The translations under genes and the position numbers were made by a program. Shown here piece after piece: positions 8,234 through 17,858 of a stretch of 64,000 bases of DNA. Location: contig OZ245046.1 of assembly GCA_965224245.1 (NCBI GenBank), forward strand, positions 6,304,001 through 6,368,000, in the 5' to 3' direction. This DNA comes from Candidatus Eiseniibacteriota bacterium (GTDB lineage Bacteria > Eisenbacteria > RBG-16-71-46 > CAZAMP01). The notes beneath the pieces are model-generated. The model was not told where the DNA came from and did not search any database. It was given only the letters and a program-made list of their open reading frames with translations. The stretch's first letter is position 1; each line of letters opens with the position of its first letter.

Positions 8234-10510
8234 ATGCGAGGCCTCCGTGGTACCCACCTCATCATCGCGCTCGGGCTCGGGATCGGCCTCGGTCCCGCTT
8301 CGCTGCCTGCACGAGCATGTGTGGACTACGACGAGCCGTACGAGCTCATCGGGGTGGACGAGGTCGGCGACAGCGTCTATGCCATCTCGCTCGACGTGGC
8401 GAACTCCGTGCTCTACGCAACGTACGCCTATCTCTCGGGCGGCTACGATCCCGCCTCACGGACGCTGGCGATCGACGTCACCGATCCCACCGCCCCGATG
8501 CATCTCGACACGTTCGACCAGCCCGGCACGTCTCCGCCCGTAGCGCTCGAGCACGTCACGGCCGGCAGCGGTGTCGTGTGCGGGCTCGTGACCGGCGGTG
8601 CGGAGGACGAGCTTCACGTCGGAGACGCCAGCAACCCCGCCGCCATCTCGTTCGTCACGATGACGATCTCGGACATGAGCGGCACGAGCGCCACGACGGT
8701 CGACGGTGGGCTCCTCTACCTCGCCAGCAGCGGCTCGGATCCGAAGCTCGTCGTCGTCGACGTCTCCGATCCCACGTCACCGACCGAGGTCGGGCGCGTG
8801 ACGACGGGCCTGGATGCAGCCGAGATCGTCGTGAACGGCGACGTGCTGTACGCGGGTGGGGGCATGACCTTCTGGACGATGGAGCTGGGTGCGATGCTCG
8901 GCGCCTCGCCTGACGGTGATGCCGCGCAAGGTGCAATCAGCGGCACGGTCACGCTCTCACACGAGATCGAGAACATCACCCAGGCGGGCGACCGCGCGTA
9001 CGCGGCGGGCGCGGGGCTCCTGACCGTGATCGACGTCGCCGACCCGTCGACGCCCACCGAGCGCGGGTCGCTGAGCGTACCCGGCTACGACATCGCCATC
9101 CAGGGCGACCACGTGGTCGTCGGCACCATCCTTCATCTCATCCTGGTCGACGCCTCCGATCCGGACGTGCCGCGGGCGATCGGTGCCGTCGAAGGTCCGC
9201 GCAACGGCTGGTGGGGCGGTCAGGCTCCCCGGCACCTCGCCCTCGTCGTGGACGAGCCGCGACTGTACGCAGGCATCCACTACAGCAATCCGGAGATCCG
9301 GGACGACGGGGAGGTGCACGTGTACGAGAACCTCTCGCCACCGGACGACGCGATCATCTCGACGCTCCCGACGCCCGCGATCGTGCACGAGATCGACGTG
9401 GCCGGCACCGAGGCCACGGCGCTCGATCGCGATGGTACGCTCCACGTCCTGGACCTCACCGATCCGGAGTCGCCCGTCATCGTGGGTGCCGTCTCCGCCG
9501 TGGCAGGGTACGGCGCGCACGCCCGCGCAGACGAGCTGATCTGCGTCGTCTCTCGTGACGACGGACTCGTCGTCGTCGACGTCTCGACCCCGACGGCACC
9601 CGCGATCGTCGGGATCGATCCCACCGAAGGCACGAACCAGGTCGCGATGCGCGCCGGGATCGCCTACACGACGGTGGAGCACCACGTCCGGATGGTGGAT
9701 CTCGGCGACCCGTCGGCGCCGGCCGAGCTGTCCCGTGTCTACGGGCTCTGGCCGCCGGACAGCCCATTCCCTGCGTTGAGCCTGGCGCTGGCCGGCGACC
9801 TGCTCCTCGTCGGGACGTACGACGAGCTCATCGTCATCGACGTGAGCAGCCCGGCGAATCCCCTTGCGCTCGAGACGGTGAACGTTCCGGCGGCGGTGTG
9901 GCACATCGAGGTCATCGGCGAGGCCGCGATCATCAACGGCGGCACGGTGGATCTCTCGGACCCCGACCATCCCATCTTCGTTCCGAACGCGATCGGCGGG
10001 CCGGACGACGCGACGATCATCGACACCATCTTCTACGCGGCGGAGGGAAACGGCTTCACGGTGTGGGACGTCGTCGATCCCTTCGCACCATCGCAGATCG
10101 GTCGATACACGGCCACGACGGGCGTCGCGATCGCATTGGCCGGTCAGGGCGGCCTCCTTCTCGCGGCCGGTGAGGACGACCTCACCGTCTTCCGCCGGCA
10201 GTGCAGCGGCGTCGGGGTCGACGATCAGACGCCCGTCGCCGCGGCGCCGCTTCGAGGCGAGCTCACCGTGAACCCGTCGCCCGCCAGGTCCAGCGCCCTC
10301 GTTCGCCTCGCGGGTAGCACGTCGCGCGAGATTCTGACCGGGCGCGTGATCGACGTCCGGGGTCGCATCGTGGGCGAGGTCGAGTTGTACCCCGACGAGC
10401 ACGGTCATCTGGGCGTCCTGGACATCGGTGTGCACGCGAGCGGTGTCTACTTCATACGGCTCGAGACGGCGCAGGGCGTGCACGCCGCACGCCTCGCCGT
10501 TCTGAACTGA
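8234..10510 (+). CDS. LVIVD-repeat beta-propeller protein with T9SS-like CTD
   Basis: Upstream TGCTATCAT and GGAGG; signal peptide; LVVVDVSDPTSP repeats; VNPSP...IDVRGRIV...SGVYFIRL. Confidence 0.85.
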   Translation: MRGLRGTHLIIALGLGIGLGPASLPARACVDYDEPYELIGVDEVGDSVYAISLDVANSVLYATYAYLSGGYDPASRTLAIDVTDPTAPMHLDTFDQPGTSPPVALEHVTAGSGVVCGLVTGGAEDELHVGDASNPAAISFVTMTISDMSGTSATTVDGGLLYLASSGSDPKLVVVDVSDPTSPTEVGRVTTGLDAAEIVVNGDVLYAGGGMTFWTMELGAMLGASPDGDAAQGAISGTVTLSHEIENITQAGDRAYAAGAGLLTVIDVADPSTPTERGSLSVPGYDIAIQGDHVVVGTILHLILVDASDPDVPRAIGAVEGPRNGWWGGQAPRHLALVVDEPRLYAGIHYSNPEIRDDGEVHVYENLSPPDDAIISTLPTPAIVHEIDVAGTEATALDRDGTLHVLDLTDPESPVIVGAVSAVAGYGAHARADELICVVSRDDGLVVVDVSTPTAPAIVGIDPTEGTNQVAMRAGIAYTTVEHHVRMVDLGDPSAPAELSRVYGLWPPDSPFPALSLALAGDLLLVGTYDELIVIDVSSPANPLALETVNVPAAVWHIEVIGEAAIINGGTVDLSDPDHPIFVPNAIGGPDDATIIDTIFYAAEGNGFTVWDVVDPFAPSQIGRYTATTGVAIALAGQGGLLLAAGEDDLTVFRRQCSGVGVDDQTPVAAAPLRGELTVNPSPARSSALVRLAGSTSREILTGRVIDVRGRIVGEVELYPDEHGHLGVLDIGVHASGVYFIRLETAQGVHAARLAVLN

Positions 10511-10525
10511 TCGAGGAGGCCGCGA

Positions 10526-11983
10526 ATGTTCGTTCTCTCCTCCATGAGCCACCGGCTGATGATGTGCTCGATCGCCGCGCTCATCCCGATAGGCGGCGCC
10601 GGAGCCGCGACCTACCTCGTGAAGCCGGACGGGACGGGGGATTTTCCCACGATCCAGCAGGCGGTCGATGCGACCGTCGAGGGTGACGTCGTAGAGCTCG
10701 ACGACGGGACGTTCACCGGTGCCGGCAACGTGTCCATCCGGATCTACGACCATCCGATCACGCTGCGGTCGCGAAGCGGAGATCGCGACGCCTGTGTGAT
10801 CGACGGGAGAGACGAGAGCGACGTCTGGGGTGTGAGCTTCTTCGGGGCCTCGGACGGCGCCGCGATCGAGTCCATCACGGTGACGCGCGCGGCGGACGAC
10901 GGCATCAAGTCGACGAGCGACGTGACCATCCGGGACTGTGTCGTCATGGACACATCCGACCACGGAATCTCGATCACCTACGCAGGCGGACAGGTCCTGG
11001 GGTGCCTCGTGACGCGCTGCTACTCCGCGTTCGGTGGCGGTGGCGGCATCTACGTCCGGGAGGGCTCCCCGCTCATCGCGGACTGCTCGATCATCGACAA
11101 CTCGAGCAATGCGGCGTCCGGCGGCATCAGGATCCAGGACGCGAATCCCACGGTTCGAGACACGGAGATCATCGGCAATGTCGGAGGTGTCGGCGGCGGT
11201 GTGCTCGCCGAGGGGGGCACCTTGCTTCGCTGTACGATCAGGGAGAACGAGGGGATCATTCGCGGTGGAGGCGCGTCGCTCCACGCGGGGTCGGTGATGT
11301 CCGACTGCCTCGTGGAGGAGAACATCGCGCGGGACGGCGCCGGGGTCGTCCTCGAGGAAGGCGCACGGCTCGAGAGCTCCATCATCCACGGAAACGTCGC
11401 CCAGGAGACCGGCGGCGGCGTGTGGATCTTCATCTGGCCCGGTCCGGGGCTCGCCGGTGTGATCGACGGCTGTACGGTGACCAACAACGACGCGATTCAC
11501 GGCGGCGGGGTCTACGTGAGGAACGACCCCGGCTCCGCGGCGGACGTCGTGATCCTTTCCTCGACGATCGCGTCGAACGGCGCAAAGACAGGCGGAGGCA
11601 TCTTCGTCGAGAGTGGCGGTGCCGTCATCGGGCGGGCCATCGTCTGGGGGAACTGTGCGGCCGCGCAGAGCGACGACCTGTTTCTGGCGGAGGCGGTGAC
11701 GCATGTCACGTGCTCGGCCATTCCGCCCGTGGACTACTACGGTCCCGGCGATGCGACCTTCGACGCGGCCTGGACCGGCGGCGACCCTCAGTTCTGCGAC
11801 CCGACGCCGTGCGGCACCACGCCGCCGAGCTGGGGAGACTTCGGCCTCCACACCTCCTCGCCCTGCGCCGCGGAGAACAGCCCGTGCGAGGCGCGGATCG
11901 GCGCCGAGGATGTCGCGTGTGAGGCCACGCCCGCCCGGGCGGTGAGCTGGGGGCGCCTCAAGGACCGCTTCTCCGCCCGGTGA
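10526..11983 (+). CDS. Secreted parallel beta-helix protein ending in an SWG tail
   Basis: GAGGAGG RBS; VKPDGTGDFPTIQQAVD; N...GGG repeats; DPQFC...SSPC cap; ends SWGRLKDRFSAR. Confidence 0.85.
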   Translation: MFVLSSMSHRLMMCSIAALIPIGGAGAATYLVKPDGTGDFPTIQQAVDATVEGDVVELDDGTFTGAGNVSIRIYDHPITLRSRSGDRDACVIDGRDESDVWGVSFFGASDGAAIESITVTRAADDGIKSTSDVTIRDCVVMDTSDHGISITYAGGQVLGCLVTRCYSAFGGGGGIYVREGSPLIADCSIIDNSSNAASGGIRIQDANPTVRDTEIIGNVGGVGGGVLAEGGTLLRCTIRENEGIIRGGGASLHAGSVMSDCLVEENIARDGAGVVLEEGARLESSIIHGNVAQETGGGVWIFIWPGPGLAGVIDGCTVTNNDAIHGGGVYVRNDPGSAADVVILSSTIASNGAKTGGGIFVESGGAVIGRAIVWGNCAAAQSDDLFLAEAVTHVTCSAIPPVDYYGPGDATFDAAWTGGDPQFCDPTPCGTTPPSWGDFGLHTSSPCAAENSPCEARIGAEDVACEATPARAVSWGRLKDRFSAR

Positions 11984-12130
11984 CGATGTCCAGGTCGAGA
12001 ACGTGGGTCGACGAGCGCGGGCCCCGAGCCTGCAACACAGCTTTCGGCTTCGCCGCTCCACGAACCTCTCGGGGGCTGATCGGTCGTCAGCACCGCTCGC
12101 GCGGCCAGCGGGGGATGGTCAACGATACGT

Positions 12131-13534
12131 CTACCGATCCAGGACGAGGTGCATCGTGTCGGCCTCGCCCGGCGGGCGCGCGAAGTAGACGCCGGTGGGG
12201 AGCGGTCGTCCCGCGGTGTCCGCGCCGTCCCACACCGCGCTGAAACCCACGCCGGGATCCTGGTCGGGCACGGTGATCACGTGACGTCCTGTCGCATCGA
12301 AGATCTCCAGGGACGTGGCCGCGGTTGCGTCGGTCCGGATGCGGACGTGCCGTGAGGCGGGCACCGGCCAGGTCCGCCAGCGGGTGACCGGCGGCGCCGG
12401 CATCGCCTCGACCGCCACGGGCACCTGTCCGGACCCGTACCAGGTGTCCAGGATGCCGTCCTCGCGGACGGCCACGATGTGGAGCTGATCGGTAGTGGGG
12501 GGCAGCGTGGCCGCGACGGCGATGGTCTCGCGATCGAGCACGTCCCGACGCCACTCCTCGTCCCGCAGCCAGAACAGCAGCAGGTCAGCGTTTCCATCCA
12601 GCGGCCCGCCCTGGGGCCGGCGAGCCAGAATCCGGGGTTCGCCGGTCGAGTCGAGCAGGAGCACCGGACCGTCGAAGAACGTCACCTCGACCGGCGTGTA
12701 GATCGTCTCCGAGTCCCAGCCCGCGTCGCCGCGAGCGTGAAAGGTCAGGGTGCGCTCGTCGTCGCCCTCGGAACCGAGCTGCGCTGCACATGTGATCCGG
12801 GGTCGTCCGTCCGATCCTACCGCAATGGACGTCAACCCGTCGGACATCGCGGCCACGTTCTCGCGCATCCAACCCGACGCCTCCCGGTACGCGTACCGTA
12901 GCTGACCGAGGGGGCGATCCACGTATGCAACGTGGAGCCCATCCTCGACGTCGATCGCGATGGAGGCACCGGAGTGCTCGCCCAGGTTGTCGACCGGCTC
13001 CACGACCCACTCCCCAGCCGCATGATGCGCCACGAACACGTCTTCGGTGTTGAGCCCGACGAAGAGCACGTGAGGCTCTCCATCGGAGTCGAGAACGAAG
13101 TCGAGGCCGATGCATCCATGGGTCGGCCCGAAGTCGACGCTCGACCATTCGGTCCAGGAGAGACCGTCGAACACGAACAGGCGATGCGCGGTGGTGTCGT
13201 GGTCGGGTGCGATCGCGTGGACGACGCCGCTGTCGGTGATCTCGATTCGCACGCATGCGTTCAGGAACGACGGGAGGTCGGTCTCCTGCCAACCGGTGAC
13301 GGTCTTCATGAGAGACGTCCGACCGGCGGTCAGGTGGACGGTTCCGTTTGGGGCAATCTCCACGTCCCGCGAGATATCACCACGGTGATGGCCAAGATGC
13401 TCGAACCACCACGTCGCGCTCGCGGGCGCGGACGTGATCAGCGAGATCATGGCGGCGAGCGCGACCGACGCCCATGAATGATCGAAGCGGGATGAACGGA
13501 GTGAAGAAGAGCCGGGCGCACGGAGGAGAAGCAT
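12131..13534 (-). CDS. Secreted beta-propeller protein with FlgD-Ig/CTD
   Basis: GGGAGG before ATG 13534; TGCTAGAAT upstream; blades such as LHVAYVD...LRYA...W; FDATGRHV...WDGAD...GVYFAR. Confidence 0.75.
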   Translation of the reverse strand: MLLLRAPGSSSLRSSRFDHSWASVALAAMISLITSAPASATWWFEHLGHHRGDISRDVEIAPNGTVHLTAGRTSLMKTVTGWQETDLPSFLNACVRIEITDSGVVHAIAPDHDTTAHRLFVFDGLSWTEWSSVDFGPTHGCIGLDFVLDSDGEPHVLFVGLNTEDVFVAHHAAGEWVVEPVDNLGEHSGASIAIDVEDGLHVAYVDRPLGQLRYAYREASGWMRENVAAMSDGLTSIAVGSDGRPRITCAAQLGSEGDDERTLTFHARGDAGWDSETIYTPVEVTFFDGPVLLLDSTGEPRILARRPQGGPLDGNADLLLFWLRDEEWRRDVLDRETIAVAATLPPTTDQLHIVAVREDGILDTWYGSGQVPVAVEAMPAPPVTRWRTWPVPASRHVRIRTDATAATSLEIFDATGRHVITVPDQDPGVGFSAVWDGADTAGRPLPTGVYFARPPGEADTMHLVLDR

Positions 13535-13864
13535 CAATCCTCCCATGGTGGCATGTCGTCAGACCTGGACTGCGATTCTAGCACCGCGTACGATCAGGAA
13601 CCACTGCGCCGCAGAAGGTGTCTGGGGCCAGTGGGTGAGAATCCCGTCCGGCGACGGGTCGTCCGTCCGGAAGCAGTCGAGCGGCGGAAGCGGCGACGGG
13701 CAGCTTCAGCGCCCACCGGGCGATGACGGCGGCGAGCAGAGGGAAGTGTCCATAACGATGGCCCGCGATGTATCCCAAAGGCTCTGACGACGAGCGTGGC
13801 TCCCCTTCTGCGAAGCTCCAGGGTAGAATGACGTTCCCGGATTGGAGAATCCAAGGCAGGTAGC

Positions 13865-16024
13865 ATGGCGCGATGGTCAGAGCGGTGCGGTTTCGTTGCG
13901 GGTGTTCCCCGAGGGAACTGCTCGTGGGTCGCGATGCTGCTGATCGTAACGACGGGAGGTGCACCAGCAACTGGCCAGGAGTGCAGCGATGTTGCTCCCT
14001 TCGCGACCACGGATCTCGGTGAACCGATCGCGTCCATCCATCGGATCGATGGCCTCGACTTCGTCGTTGCCACCACGGTCGGGCTCCCGTTCCCACGCGG
14101 CCATACTCTCGATCCGTCCACTCTCGCGCCAGTCGCCGTCGAGCTCCTCGGTGGCGGCAGGCTCGGGACACTGTTGCCCTGGCAGGACGGTACGGCACGA
14201 CTCTATGTCGCCGACGCGTTCATCGAGATGCACGAGGTCGACGCGTTTGGCAGCTGGGAGGGTGCCTCTTGGGAGCTGAATTCTCCCTGCGACGGGGATT
14301 CCATTCTCGCGAGGCCGATCCTCCACCCACCCTCCAGAAGCACGGGTGCGCTTCGTGCGATTGCGCCGAACGGCCTGCTCTACATGGGAACGGGAACCGC
14401 CACGGACTGCGACCCCTGGGGCTGGGTCGTTGCTCATGACCTGGCGACCGGCGCCGCCAAGTGGCTCTATCAACCCACCAGTGGGCTGGGACCGCTGTAC
14501 GTCGTCCGCGGGATGGCGCTGGATCCCGTTCGAGACCTTCTCTTCGTCACGAGCGAAGATGGTGAAGGCGTGTTGAACACGCTCTGGGCCATCGATGTGC
14601 ATCAAGGTCTCGGTACGTGGCAGGCTCATGCGGGGACCACCACGATCGCACCGGCGCGCCGCGGGGACCACGTGTACGTCGGCAACAGTGCGGGCGAGCT
14701 CAGCGCATGGGATTCGGCGAGTGGCTCCAAGCTCTGGTCGATCGATCTCGCGTTTCCCATCGTCACCGAGCTGGTCGTTCCGGTCGTCCCACCATTCCAG
14801 GACGCGATCTTCGTTCGCGACCTGCTACACCGCGTGCATCTGATCCGGGACGAGGGTGACATGGCAACCCAGGTGTGGACATCGGACGTTCCGAACGGGA
14901 CCGACGCGAGTTCATACCTTCTTGCCTTCGACCCGGCGACGAGCATCATCTATGCGCCGGATCCAGAAGGGTCCATTCACCGGATCGACGCACAAACCGG
15001 GACGGTCGGCGCCGCAACGGCCGTGGACAGCGTCGAGAGTCCCGTCACAGCGATGCGATTGAGCTGGCCCCTGGACTTCGCGGATGAGACGGAAATGTAT
15101 GCGTCTTCGGAGGCCGGCGTGCTTTCGCGGCTCTGTGTGGATCAAGGGGATGTGATTCGGTCGGGGCTGGACCCGGTCGAGCGCACCGAGTTGCCGATCG
15201 GGTTTCCCTCGTTCCTGAACACGGATACCGGCGAGGCGTCGATCATCGTGCACACGCTCGATATGCTATCCGGGCCCACGACGCTCAGCCGTTTCGAAGC
15301 CGTCGCTACCGGTAACGGGCCATGCGATCTGGGACGTGGTCCGACGCCATGTCTCGAGCAGATGGCCTACCTCCTCATGGCCTGGGAGCCAGGTGTGCCC
15401 ATCGGCGGCGACATCGCAGACCCTGCAAACCCAGGAAAGATCTTTCACGTGGACGTGACCGACCGGCTCGAGCTGGGACGCGGGTATGGGGCTGCGGCGC
15501 TCGGCGACTTCGTGGTCGAGCCAGCTCTCGTTGGCTTTGATCTCACGGGGCTCGACCTCGTCCTGCCCGGTGCCGGGACTCGGATCGGAGTGATGGCGAG
15601 AGGAAGTGCGTCGGTCGACGGATGGTTCCTGGTTCCGGAGACTGGCCCATCCCTGCCGGATACCATCTACAGCCATCCATCGGCACCCCCGGTCGTCGGG
15701 CAGTTCGCGGTTCGCCTTCGCGGGGAGACACAGGCTCTCTCGACCCCCCACGACTCGACACCGCCCCGCGTCGCGATCGACGTCATGCCCAATCCGACTG
15801 GCGTGTCCGCGACGATTCTGGTCGAGGCGAACGCTGGAGTGCCCACCGTAGTCGACATTTTCGACGTAAGTGGCCGGCGAGTAGCACGGCTCGACCGGTC
15901 TGAGACGAGAGGCCGAGAGCGGCGCTTCGAGTGGATCGACGCCGAGGCGCCAGCCGGCGTGTACTTCGTTCGGGCACGTGCAGGGCCGGATGCACGGGTT
16001 CGAAAGATCGTGCGAGCGAGATGA
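13865..16024 (+). CDS. Secreted PQQ-like beta-propeller protein with CTD
   Basis: AxDxxTGxxxW docking-type motifs (AHDLATGAAKW, AWDSASGSKLW); MPNP...FDVSGRRV...AGVYFVR. Start uncertain. Confidence 0.75.
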   Translation: MARWSERCGFVAGVPRGNCSWVAMLLIVTTGGAPATGQECSDVAPFATTDLGEPIASIHRIDGLDFVVATTVGLPFPRGHTLDPSTLAPVAVELLGGGRLGTLLPWQDGTARLYVADAFIEMHEVDAFGSWEGASWELNSPCDGDSILARPILHPPSRSTGALRAIAPNGLLYMGTGTATDCDPWGWVVAHDLATGAAKWLYQPTSGLGPLYVVRGMALDPVRDLLFVTSEDGEGVLNTLWAIDVHQGLGTWQAHAGTTTIAPARRGDHVYVGNSAGELSAWDSASGSKLWSIDLAFPIVTELVVPVVPPFQDAIFVRDLLHRVHLIRDEGDMATQVWTSDVPNGTDASSYLLAFDPATSIIYAPDPEGSIHRIDAQTGTVGAATAVDSVESPVTAMRLSWPLDFADETEMYASSEAGVLSRLCVDQGDVIRSGLDPVERTELPIGFPSFLNTDTGEASIIVHTLDMLSGPTTLSRFEAVATGNGPCDLGRGPTPCLEQMAYLLMAWEPGVPIGGDIADPANPGKIFHVDVTDRLELGRGYGAAALGDFVVEPALVGFDLTGLDLVLPGAGTRIGVMARGSASVDGWFLVPETGPSLPDTIYSHPSAPPVVGQFAVRLRGETQALSTPHDSTPPRVAIDVMPNPTGVSATILVEANAGVPTVVDIFDVSGRRVARLDRSETRGRERRFEWIDAEAPAGVYFVRARAGPDARVRKIVRAR

Positions 16025-16389
16025 CATGGGGTTGATCGGTAGTCGTGGGTCTCCATGCACACGAAGCTCGTGGCAACCAAGAGCCCGAAGCGATGTCAGA
16101 TGAGTCAACGAGCCGAAGCGGCGTCATCTGCGCCGCGAGGAAAGCGCGAAGGGCGTAGTGTCCAGAGGATCGAGTTGGCAAGTTGTGGCTTGCGAGACCG
16201 CGTCCTCAATGAATAGCTCGAAGCCGACGATCGAGAGCTCCGGCTTCTCCGAAGGCCGGCGTCGGAGACTGGAGCGGCGCGGCCCGCTAGCCGCCGCACC
16301 TCGAGTTCGCTAAGATGAACGTCGTCGGCAACCCGAGAACGAGATCAGGAGATTCACCCGCCCGGATCGCGTTTCCGATGGGATAGAAC

Positions 16390-17778
16390 ATGATACGCGT
16401 GATCGTCACCGACCCCGATCATCGGCGATGGGTCCACGTATTCCCCGCCTCCACGCGTGTGATCACCGTTGGACGCGGATCGGAAAACGTCATCCAGATC
16501 CATGATCCACGCTCGTCCCGCCGTCAGCTCGTGATTCGTCGCGCAGGGAGCATCTGGAAGGCCGAGGACGCGGGCGGTCGCGGCGGCACGAAGCTGAACG
16601 GTCTCCGCCTCGATCGGCCGACGCGGCTCTCCCGCGATGACGAGGTCTCGTTCGGCGGAAGCCTGCTCGAGCTGGTCGACACGACGGAGCCGACCGGATC
16701 CAGCCTGACCGGGGGAGAGACGTGGTCCGGGCACGCGGTCTCGGAGTCGAGGGAGGAGATCCACCTCACCACGACATCCCCGGCGTTTCGCGATGCCATC
16801 GACCTCGCCCGGCGGGTCGCCGCGACGGACGAGACCGTGCTGGTACGCGGCGAGACGGGAACCGGCAAGGAGGTGTTCGCTCGGCTCATTCACGAGATGT
16901 CGCCCAGGTCCGCCGGCCCCCTCGTGGTGGTGAACTGTCCGGGGCTTTCCGAATCCCTGTTCGAGAGTGAGCTGTTTGGTGTCGAGAAGGGCGTGGCCAC
17001 CGGTGTCGACCCGCGCCCAGGGCGGCTCGCGCAAGCCGACGGCGGTACCGTGCTACTCGACGAGATCGGGGATCTCTCTGCCCCGTCCCAGGCCAAGCTG
17101 CTTCGGTTCCTGCAGGACAAGAAGGTGGATCGCGTCGGTGGCAAGGCCCCGATCGCCGTCGATGTCCGGGTCGTGGCGGCTACGAACGTCGATCTCGAGG
17201 AGTCGATCGCGGAGGGACGGTTCCGCTCCGATCTGTATCATCGCCTCGCCGCGTTCGAGATCGTTCTACCGCCACTCCGCGAGCGCCGGGAAGACATTCC
17301 CGACCTGGTGCGTCACTTCCTCTCCCGCAACGGCATCCCGTCGCGCATGACGGCCGAAGCGGTCGCGGTACTTCAGGAACACGACTTTCCGGGAAACGTC
17401 CGTGAGCTCGAGCTTCTCGTCCGCAAGACGGCGATTCTCTCCCGGGGCGGAGAGGTCGAGCCGGATGATCTCCCCGAGCGGATCCGGAGACCGACAGCCT
17501 CCTCTTCCCCGACACCCACACGACGTGCGGGTGGTGACGTGGCCGACTCGCTCTACGATCGCGTGGTCGTCGAGGGTGCAGACTTCTGGAGCGTGGTGCG
17601 CGGTCCGTTTCTGAGCCGAGAGCTGAGCCGACAGCCGATCCAGGCGCTGGTGGCGCGGGCGCTGTCCGAGGGGGGTGGCTCTTATTCCGGGGCCGCGCGG
17701 CTTCTCGGCGTGAGCGGCGAGTACCGCAAGTTCGTGGACTTCCTCCGTCACAACCGACTTCGTCCGGAGGACGGATGA
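16390..17778 (+). CDS. FHA-domain sigma54-interacting AAA+ transcriptional regulator
   Basis: N-terminal FHA-like domain; Walker [49 protein letters not shown]. Confidence 0.9.
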   Translation: MIRVIVTDPDHRRWVHVFPASTRVITVGRGSENVIQIHDPRSSRRQLVIRRAGSIWKAEDAGGRGGTKLNGLRLDRPTRLSRDDEVSFGGSLLELVDTTEPTGSSLTGGETWSGHAVSESREEIHLTTTSPAFRDAIDLARRVAATDETVLVRGETGTGKEVFARLIHEMSPRSAGPLVVVNCPGLSESLFESELFGVEKGVATGVDPRPGRLAQADGGTVLLDEIGDLSAPSQAKLLRFLQDKKVDRVGGKAPIAVDVRVVAATNVDLEESIAEGRFRSDLYHRLAAFEIVLPPLRERREDIPDLVRHFLSRNGIPSRMTAEAVAVLQEHDFPGNVRELELLVRKTAILSRGGEVEPDDLPERIRRPTASSSPTPTRRAGGDVADSLYDRVVVEGADFWSVVRGPFLSRELSRQPIQALVARALSEGGGSYSGAARLLGVSGEYRKFVDFLRHNRLRPEDG

Positions 17779-17858
17779 GAGCCGCGACGCGACCGTCGAC
17801 GATCGGCGGCGGCCGGCAGCACCGTCGGCGCGAGAACCCGGATCTGTGCCCATCATGA
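17775..17858 (+). CDS. Possible 27-aa coupling peptide
   Basis: GGAGG RBS; ATGA overlaps with both the upstream stop and the downstream start. Confidence 0.25.
   Translation: MRAATRPSTIGGGRQHRRRENPDLCPS

Noticed and set aside
8957-12061. 1034-aa minus-strand ORF
   Set aside because: Antisense shadow of two well-supported plus-strand genes; Arg/Asp/Val-rich with no motifs, as expected in high-GC DNA.
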